Below are positions 1 through 7,506 of a stretch of 9,948 nucleotides of DNA, one piece after another. Under the pieces are notes generated by a model, which was not told the DNA's origin, searched no databases, and worked only from the letters and a program-made list of their open reading frames with translations. Source of the DNA: Paraphysomonas bandaiensis. Taxonomy: Eukaryota; Protista; Chrysophyceae. The position numbers were made by a program, and so were the translations under genes. The stretch spans positions 1-9,948 of the forward strand of contig CBFFRP010000470.1 in the NCBI GenBank assembly GCA_965644295.1, given 5' to 3'. Position 1 is the first letter of the stretch. Every line of letters begins with the position of its first letter.

Positions 1-402
1 TCAATTTTTCTGCGCAATGATATATATATATTATTTCGGGTTGTATTACATGTAGCCACCTTCAATTAATAATAAGAATAACGAACAGCACAGAAAAGAT
101 ATTCATTAGTATCGCGTAATTATTAGTTTCGTGTAGGACAAAACCATTCATAATAACATACATTTTCTTGAAATATTTTACGGATTATGACACAATTACA
201 GTTTATGAACATTAAGTGTCTACGCGTGATTGACAATTCAGCTGGATTTGTAAATAGCAGATTTTTCATTTTGTAGAATAGAACGCCACCGAGTTGGTAT
301 CATATATACTTCAAGTTATTACATTATTTTCCTAATTCAAATCACTCCACGTAATTAGTGTTAATACATACTACATAATGAAAACAGTTTCCTAGCAATC
401 AA

Positions 403-1440
403 TTAATTCTGCATGCAGGCAGCAACGTCAAAATTGTCTCTGTATAAGTCAAAATGATGATATGCCTGTAAACCCCCCGACTGCCCAATGCTGTAGTGTC
501 TAAATGCAAAATTTATAAGTCCTACCGGGTCGTCCCGCCAACGTAGTTCATCGTCTCTCTCGCGAATGAAATTCTTAATAGCCGCAAATCCATGTTCGAT
601 AGGTTTTAGTTCCGGAGAGAATGGCGCACAATACATGTAATATTCTCGAAAAGTATCACCAATTACAATCCTCACAGCTTCTGTTCGCTGATTAGCAGCA
701 TTATCAAATAAACCATATGCATCATCGTTAAGTAACGGCGCAATCGACTTCAAGAAAAAAATAACTTCGTTATCGGAGACAGTACCTTCAAAAATATGCC
801 ATGCTAGAAACCCCAATTCAGTGTATGCAGCGTGAACAGCAAAAGAACGGCCACCTATCTGAATTTGTGCGCGCTCACAATCTTCACCCCTTGGTGCCCA
901 ACCATATCTTGCTGAAAAATCACCTGAGCTTTGGACCATTCCATCAATATCCACAATGCGTCCAGCAGATATGTGTGAGATGTCTTCCAAGAATTGAATC
1001 TGCTCCTCTGGATTCTTCCTGATATTTTTCCAAGCCACTTTCTTTCGAGTGTTATCCAATTTGATGGTCCTATACACCGTTGCCAATGAAGTAGAATCTG
1101 GACAATGCTGCCCAAAGTACTCTTCATTGAATCGAAGAGTAAGCAGCCGCAATTTGACGCTACGATTCATCTCCAACATTTCATCAAGGTAATCTTTAGC
1201 TTCTTCATTCTGTTCAAACGTGTGTCTGGGGCGTTTTCTTGGGTGATACGTACCACGACGAATTCTCTCTTCATAACTCATGCTTTTATATTCTGTCCAC
1301 AACTTTTTAATATGTTTGAGGGTGATATTATCATCTATAGTAAGATTCTCATGAGCGAACTCAGGCGTGCTTCCCAAATCAAGGCAGTGATGCATCAATA
1401 ACTTAACAATTGGCAATGGAATATTTTGTCCCTTCACCAT
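403..1440 (-). CDS. IS630-Tc1-mariner superfamily transposase (DDE_3 endonuclease domain, DD35E)
   Basis: 345-aa uninterrupted ORF. It has a basic/helical N-terminus with an HTH-like 'SLATVYRTIK' and 'TRKKV' linker. Catalytic motifs: 'IVDIDG' (D1), 'RYGWAPRG', 'LFDNAANQ' (D2) and 'APFSPELKPIE' (E; family consensus PxYSPdLNPIE). I count 35 residues between D2 and E. No TIR pair was found. Confidence 0.9.
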   Translation of the reverse strand: MVKGQNIPLPIVKLLMHHCLDLGSTPEFAHENLTIDDNITLKHIKKLWTEYKSMSYEERIRRGTYHPRKRPRHTFEQNEEAKDYLDEMLEMNRSVKLRLLTLRFNEEYFGQHCPDSTSLATVYRTIKLDNTRKKVAWKNIRKNPEEQIQFLEDISHISAGRIVDIDGMVQSSGDFSARYGWAPRGEDCERAQIQIGGRSFAVHAAYTELGFLAWHIFEGTVSDNEVIFFLKSIAPLLNDDAYGLFDNAANQRTEAVRIVIGDTFREYYMYCAPFSPELKPIEHGFAAIKNFIRERDDELRWRDDPVGLINFAFRHYSIGQSGGLQAYHHFDLYRDNFDVAACMQN

Positions 1441-1716
1441 TATTCTTTTGTTTAGTGGTTGAAACTAGTTCTTTATGTGAATTGGTCATGAATATGAGAG
1501 ATATGTGTTATTTCGTACCTGGACAGATTGCTGCTTCTCTGGCAATCTAGGGCTCTTTCTCTTTCCTTTTCTCTGCTCTGGTACCATTACACTACTCAGG
1601 ATAATGCATTGGTGGCATTATTTTCCCATTGACTCCTATATGACACCTGTGGTAGCCTGTTAATGGAGTTAAGTTGAGTCATACTGAGTGCTGTGAGAAG
1701 AAATCAAATCACTACT

Positions 1717-1740
1717 AAAAAAAAAAAAAAAAAAAAAAAA
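1717..1740 (+). repeat. poly(A) tract (24 A)
   Basis: Direct reading: ...aatcactact(A)24gtgaac. Confidence 0.9.
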
Positions 1741-1970
1741 GTGAACTTCAAAAAAACATCAGCGCTCCTTCGTTGAAAAAGTCTATATATAGAATCTTCA
1801 GATCGCTACTATATTTTCAGTTTCTTTGTATACTTGTAATAGCTACTCCTATGCTGTAGTCATGTATATTCTGTATTTCATTGCTACATAGAATACAGGA
1901 TAACTACTAGCGATTGGCTTTACCAAACTTCAAGTACGCACGTAGGAGTTGGTTGTAGTTCAATAAAGTT

Positions 1971-4214
1971 CTTGGTCCAGAAGTGAGATCGCGATATATC
2001 GCGAGTGCGTTGATTTTCATAGCATTTGAATGTTTTTTTCTCTGTCGGAAGTTGTCCGAAAAGAATGACAAAATGGGTTCAAAAGGTTGCCTTTGTCACA
2101 TCTTTCCATTCGGCCATTCATGACTCTAATTTATAATAAATATCACCCCATCTTTTGAGATCATCTTCCTGAATCATTCATCTTGCACTGTGTCAAAGGA
2201 TTATCGCCAAAGAGCTCTTTGCTTCGATATGGAAGAGGTTGAAGATGGCCTGCTTTGCTTGCTATCTCAGAGTGTCTAATGGACTTTTCTGAACTTAATA
2301 GTATACAATTGCTTACGTTTTCCCATAATGGAAAACAGTTTTGTGCGTTTAATGAGATTTTTTCTTTTCTCACTGCCATTTTCAAGTCTCATGAGAATAT
2401 CCCTTGCTCGGAGCCGAAACAGTTATACCAGTACCCACAATTCCTCGTCCTGATGCCGTTTCTTTCGGAGACATGACATATTTACAGTTCAGGGACGCAT
2501 TGGTAAAGACCTTTGTGGAAAATCCTATAGACTTCAGGGGAAACATGTTGTCATTAGGATTTAACTCCGATAAACATTTGAATGAGTTGCAGGATCTGTG
2601 CCGTGGATTATTTCTGGCAGAATTGCACGCCAATACTCACTGGTTCGGTGGGAGACAATATTCAGAGCTTCTGGTCTCCGTAGTGTCAACACTTTCCATG
2701 TCTTATGGAAGCAATTGAGTTTGGTTATTCGGCAAGTTCATTGACTGGCACATCAGCGGAGCAGATGTTTTCCTACGCTGATCGATAATGCAAAGCAAAT
2801 AGTAGGGTCCAGGCCAATATGTCCCTCAGAGGTTCATGTCAAGGTAACACTCCTAAACAACCTCTTCGACATAAGCAAAATTTCAATCAATGCAAATCTT
2901 GGTGTTCATTTCAAGTACCCCATTTCTTGCTATTATACTATTAGGCCTTATTCTTCATAATAATCAAGCATTACCTTTTAACAATACAAAGTGTATCTTT
3001 CATTAAACGCTAAGAGATAAAGAATACAAGTAAGTTTACTACGAGTGATGCAGCAGATGATTACGTTAATTTAGTAGATGTGGTGATATCTCATTTGCAA
3101 ATGCTTGAAGCAGCTGTTATTGAAAATAACATCTAGCCACTGTACCGTAATAATATATACCAACTATTTTTTCATTGTTGAGCCGTTTCTAGTTTTATTA
3201 ATTAATGTGATAATAATTATTATATCAGCACAAAATATAATAGTGAATTTATAAATGTAATGTAATTGCGGTCGGTGAAAACTAACCAGCAAATCATGGA
3301 TACAAATGCAAAACATACGTCAAAGCAGCACATATATATCAAACATTATACATAATATATCACACATCATGCAAGGGATATATCATCAAAAGTTCGTGCA
3401 TCGCTGCAGTTCCTGTTGGAAACAAAATAAATAAACAAACGCTCAAAATTTGAAGGTTTAACATTTTCACCTGATTGATAATTATTATTCCAAAGGCCAG
3501 TAATGTGTTTCTGGAGGTGAAAAATGATGTCAAGAAAATAAATGCCAATGTAGCTGAGAGAGGCTTAGAAACACAACGCCACAGGTAAAAAGCAATAACA
3601 TGCAATTACCTGTGTTAACTCATTAGGAAACCGCATATAGACCAGTTCCTGGGCCTTCATCTTTGCAGTAGTAGCCTTGCAGCGGCTACGCCCACCCTTC
3701 AATTTACTATACGAGGGGATGTAATATATACATATAAGTTTTATATATGAAGGCTATGTATGATATTGTTATTCCACATTAGCTATCAAGTCGCTGGAAG
3801 TCTAGCTCTGGATGGGGCACCACCGTTGGCCAGTGTTGGCCAGTACTGGCATTACACCCTCAGAGCACTACATGTACCCTCAATCCAAAACAATAACACA
3901 AGTCACTCTGCGGTATGTGGCATATAAGAAGTGATGACCTTAAACCGAGACAACTACTGATGACAAAGATACACAAGGCATATATGGGAACTAGTTTACC
4001 TAAATATATATTGATATGAACAGCGTAATGAACCTGCATCTGAACTCTCTCCTTCATACTCTCCGGATGGATACTGTATCCAGATATGCATCATATATAG
4101 CAACATATTCTCGTGTAGTACAGTATTACTGACGGTAGTACAACAGACACCGAAATGAAACCTCCAAAAAGCCTTTTTTTGCAGTGATTTTTGGGATTTC
4201 ATTTCTGGACCAAG
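1971..4214. mobile_element. Non-autonomous TIR DNA transposon, 2,244 bp, 5-bp TSD (superfamily unassigned)
   Basis: Left end 1971-1992 is CTTGGTCCAGAAGTGAGATCGC. The reverse complement of the right end 4193-4214 is CTTGGTCCAGAAATGAAATCCC (19/22 identical, first 12 perfect). The direct repeat AAGTT abuts both ends (1966-1970 and 4215-4219). Confidence 0.8.
2159..2847 (+). pseudogene. Probable decayed ORF of unknown function inside the TIR element
   Basis: Overlapping ORFs 2255-2476 and 2404-2718 join with one frameshift. Protein-like sequence continues in frame across isolated stops (TGA 2240, 2716, 2779; TAG TAG 2800-2805). No recognisable domain. Confidence 0.35.
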
Positions 4215-4483
4215 AAGTTAATAGATAGTCCTACAGCCTACAGCTCAATCACCCGATGTTGCCACAATATATATAGAACACACGAACTCTGAGAGGTATA
4301 AAATAATGATTATTATAGAATACTGAAATATGAATACTAGACTACATGATCTCCACAATCTCAACGCTAAACCTAAATATAACGATCACCTTCCCCTACA
4401 TTGTATTTCTAACCACATGGTATACATATATACTGTACTACACAAATGATATAATACTATATATAGGTGGATAGTCCTACAAC

Positions 4484-4640
4484 GTATGTATGTATGTATG
4501 TATGTATGTATGTACGTATGTATGTATGTATGTATGTATGTATGTATGTATGTATGTATGTATGTATGTATGTATGTATGTATGTATGTATGTATGTACA
4601 GTATGTATGTATGTATGTATGTATGTATGTATGTATGTAT
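4484..4640. repeat. (TATG)n/(TACA)n microsatellite, intron 5 of the ankyrin gene
   Basis: Tetranucleotide array with a GTACAG interruption at 4596. Confidence 0.97.
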
Positions 4641-4655
4641 TGAGGGGTTACTTAC

Positions 4656-4754
4656 ATTGTCTCGTATGTTGATCTCTGCTCCTGCTCTTCTAAGATACTC
4701 AGCTATATCTCTGCGACCATTATAGGTAGCATAGTGAAGAGCTGTACGACCATC
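4656..4754 (-). CDS. Ankyrin exon 5 ([33 protein letters not shown])
   Basis: Acceptor ttgttttatag|GAT, donor AAT|gtaagt, 99 nt. Confidence 0.93.
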
Positions 4755-6237
4755 CTATAAAACAATAACAATAATCACATATGAGCCTCAGATCACTCTA
4801 TGTATGTATGTATGTATGTATGTATGTATGTATGTATGTATGTATGTATGTATGTATGTATGTATGTATGTATGTACAGTATGTATGTATGTATGTATGT
4901 ATGTATGTATGTATGTATGTATGTATGTATGTATGTATGTATGTATGTATGTATGTATGTATGTATGTATGTATGTATGTATGTATGTATGTATGTATGT
5001 ATGTATGTATGTGTATGAATGTATGTACGTATGTATGTATGTATGTATGTATGTATGTATGTACGTATGTATGTATGTATGTATGTATGTATGTATGTAT
5101 GTATGTATGTATGTATGTATGTATGTATGTATGTATGTATGTATGTATGTATGTATGTATGTATGTATGTATGTATGTATGTATGTATGTATGTATGTAT
5201 GTATGTATGTATGTATGTATGTATGTATGTATGTGTGTATGTATGTATGTATGTATGTATGTATGTATGTATGTATGTATGTATGTATGTATGTATGTAT
5301 GTATGTATGTATGTATGTATGAATGTATGTATCGAGGGGATACTTACATTGTCTCGTATAGTGATATCTGCTCCTGCTCTTATAAGATACTCAGCTATAT
5401 CTCTGCGACCATTAATGGCAGCACAGTGAAGAGCTGTGCAACCAAACTACAAAACAATAACAATAATCACACATGAGACTCACAACACTGCATGTATGTA
5501 TGTATGCATGTATGTATGTATGTATGTATGTATGTATGTATGTATGCATGTATGTATGTATGCATGTAAAATGTATGTATGTATGTATGTATGCATGTAT
5601 GTATGTATGTATGTATGTATGCATGTAAAATTATGTATGTATGTATGTATGTATGTATGTATGTATGTATGTATGTATGTATGTATGTATGTATGTATGT
5701 ATGTACAGTATGTATGTATGTATGTATGTATGTATGTATGTATGTATGTATGTATGTATGTATGTATGTATGTAGGTATGTATGTATGCATGTATGTATG
5801 TATGTACAGTATGTATGTATGTATGTATGTATGTATGTATGTATGTATGTATGTATGTATGTATGTATGTATGTATGTATGTATGTATGTATGTATGTAT
5901 GTATGTATGTATGTATGTGTATGTATGTATGTATGTATTGAGGGGTTACTTACATTGTCTCGTATGTTGATATCTGCTCCTGCTCTTATAAGATACTCAG
6001 CTGTATCTCTGTGACCATTATAGGAAGAATAGTGAATAGCTGTACGACCATCCTATAAAACAATAACAATAATCACATATGAGTCCTCATAACACTGTAT
6101 ATATGTATGTATGTATGTATGCATGTATGTATGTATGTATGTATGTATGTATGTATGTATGTATGTATGTATGTATGTATGTATGTATGTATGTATGTAT
6201 GTATGTATGTATGTATGTATGTATGTATGTATGTATG

Positions 6238-6271
<34 letters not shown>

Positions 6272-7001
6272 TGTATGTATATATGTATGTATGTATGTAT
6301 GTATGCATGTATGTAGGTATGTAGGTATGTAGGTATGTATGTATGTATGTATGTATGTATGTATGTATGTATGTATGTATGTATGTATGTATGTATGTAT
6401 GTATGTATGTATGTATGTATGTATGTATGCATGTATATATGTATGTATGTATGTGTGTATGTATGTATGTAGGTAGGTAGGTAGGTAGGTAGGTATGTAT
6501 GTATGTATGTATGTATGTATGTATGTATGTATGTATGTATGTATGTAGGTAGGTATGTATGTAGGTATGTATGTATGTATGTATGTATGTATGTATGTAT
6601 GTATGTATGTATGTATGTATGTATGTATGTATGTATGTATGTATGTATGTATGTATGTATGTATGTATGTATCGAGGGGTTACTTACATTGTCTCGTATG
6701 TTGATATCTGCTCCTGCTCTTATAAGATACTCAGCTATATCTCTGTGACCATTAATGGCAGCATAGTGAAGAGCTGTGCAACCAAACTAAAAAACAATAA
6801 CAGTATACACATATGAGTCCTCATAACACTGTATATATGTATGTATGTAATGTATGTATGCATGTATGTATGTATGTATGTATGTATGTGTGTGTGGATG
6901 ACCTCATCTTGTTTATTGGTGTTATCACCCCTCGTAACACACCCCCTCACTGCATTGATATCACCCCTCTTAGCAGCTGTAATAATATCAGTCCACCACA
7001 T
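4656..7001 (-). CDS. Spliced ankyrin-repeat protein gene (5 coding exons of 99 nt: 6903-7001, 6688-6786, 5954-6052, 5348-5446, 4656-4754; 3' end unresolved)
   Basis: All junctions are GT-AG and phase 0. The spliced product is 165 aa with no stop: [165 protein letters not shown]. This matches the ankyrin consensus GxTxLHxAxxxGhxeivxxLlxxGAdvNxxD. Confidence 0.93.
4799..5332. repeat. (TATG)n/(TACA)n microsatellite, intron 4 (4755-5347)
   Basis: Near-perfect array with rare variants (GTACAG 4874, TACG, TGTG, AATG). Confidence 0.97.
5348..5446 (-). CDS. Ankyrin exon 4 ([33 protein letters not shown])
   Basis: Acceptor ttgttttgtag|TTT, donor AAT|gtaagt, 99 nt. Confidence 0.93.
5492..5938. repeat. 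(TATG)n/(TACA)n microsatellite, intron 3 (5447-5953)
   Basis: Array with CATG variants, two CATGTAAAA interruptions and two GTACAG interruptions (5703, 5804). Confidence 0.97.
5954..6052 (-). CDS. Ankyrin exon 3 ([33 protein letters not shown])
   Basis: Acceptor ttgttttatag|GAT, donor AAT|gtaagt, 99 nt. Confidence 0.93.
6098..6672. repeat. (TATG)n/(TACA)n microsatellite with (TAGG)n patches, intron 2 (6053-6687)
   Basis: Array with TATA, CATG and TAGG variant units. Confidence 0.97.
6688..6786 (-). CDS. Ankyrin exon 2 ([33 protein letters not shown])
   Basis: Acceptor ttgttttttag|TTT, donor AAT|gtaagt, 99 nt. Confidence 0.93.
6830..6896. repeat. Short degenerate (TATG)n/(TG)n microsatellite, intron 1 (6787-6902)
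   Basis: Direct reading. Confidence 0.9.
6903..7001 (-). CDS. Ankyrin exon 1, N-cap-like divergent repeat ([33 protein letters not shown])
   Basis: ATG at 7001. '[14 protein letters not shown]' fits the first-repeat pattern LxxAAxxGdxxxVx. The donor GAG|gtcatc falls after exactly 33 codons. An acceptor (cttcacttacag, AG at 7005-7004) lies 2 nt before the ATG, implying an upstream, possibly untranslated, exon. Confidence 0.8.
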
Positions 7002-7506
7002 ATCTGTAAGTGAAGTGAAGTGAAGTGTATATATATGTATATGCAGCAGATGTCACTTCACTTTATTGTGATGCTGACAGCAGACACACACAACACAACA
7101 GAACGAAAAAAAGATACCCTTATTACCAGAGTGATGTGATCCAGACCGTTCCTTATTGTATTCTCGACAGTACAGCGGAGTTCCTTACGGGTATCAGTTG
7201 ACAAAATATAGAAGTGGGGTGATGAAAACCCCTCTTTTATATGAAAATCCGACAGAAATCAATGTTTTATTAGAAAAGTGGGGTTTCATGACACAACATA
7301 CTCTATTGGAGTAGGAAGTATGTATGTTAGTATGGCAGTTTTTTGAAACAGAGCACACTTCTTTTCCAGCCTTCACTTCTACTTGTATGTATAGATACTG
7401 ACACAGGCAGGTCGCTACTTTACACTTGAACTTCATGTACACTAAAGTTGCTGTGGCGGACACGATGACGTTTACAGATTTTTGATTGGTGTTCTTTTAC
7501 TTTCAG

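Noticed and set aside
1-402. TIR of the transposase element
   Set aside because: Only short chance matches (e.g. gccacc/ggtggc) with 1441-1960 were found, with no convincing TA-flanked inverted pair.
801-1401. ORFs 801-1022, 855-1127 and 1105-1401
   Set aside because: Shadow frames of the transposase CDS.
3360-4202. Short minus-strand ORFs and possible spliced exons inside the TIR element
   Set aside because: Some splice-like signals are present, but I could not build a consistent gene model or recognise any motif.
403-4214. Transposase as the autonomous partner of the TIR element, or Fanzor/TnpB cargo
   Set aside because: The transposase lies outside the TIRs and its family makes TA, not 5-bp, TSDs. 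No RuvC or Zn-finger Fanzor motifs are visible in the element's ORFs.
4656-6786. Diversity-generating retroelement-type mutagenesis of the cassettes
   Set aside because: Differences are not adenine-specific, and no reverse transcriptase or template repeat is visible.
4486-6816. Many MYVC/HTYI-repeat ORFs in the ORF track
   Set aside because: They are translations of the stop-free (TATG)n/(CATA)n microsatellite. The real coding signal is the 99-nt minus-strand exons.
4641-6840. CRISPR-like repeat/spacer periodicity
   Set aside because: The repeats are ~160-bp exon cassettes with splice sites and the spacers are microsatellite. There are no cas genes and the context is eukaryotic.
4484-6896. 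Telomeric repeat or assembly junk
   Set aside because: The arrays are internal, bounded precisely by conserved splice blocks and carry distinct variant units. Their exact lengths may still be mis-assembled.
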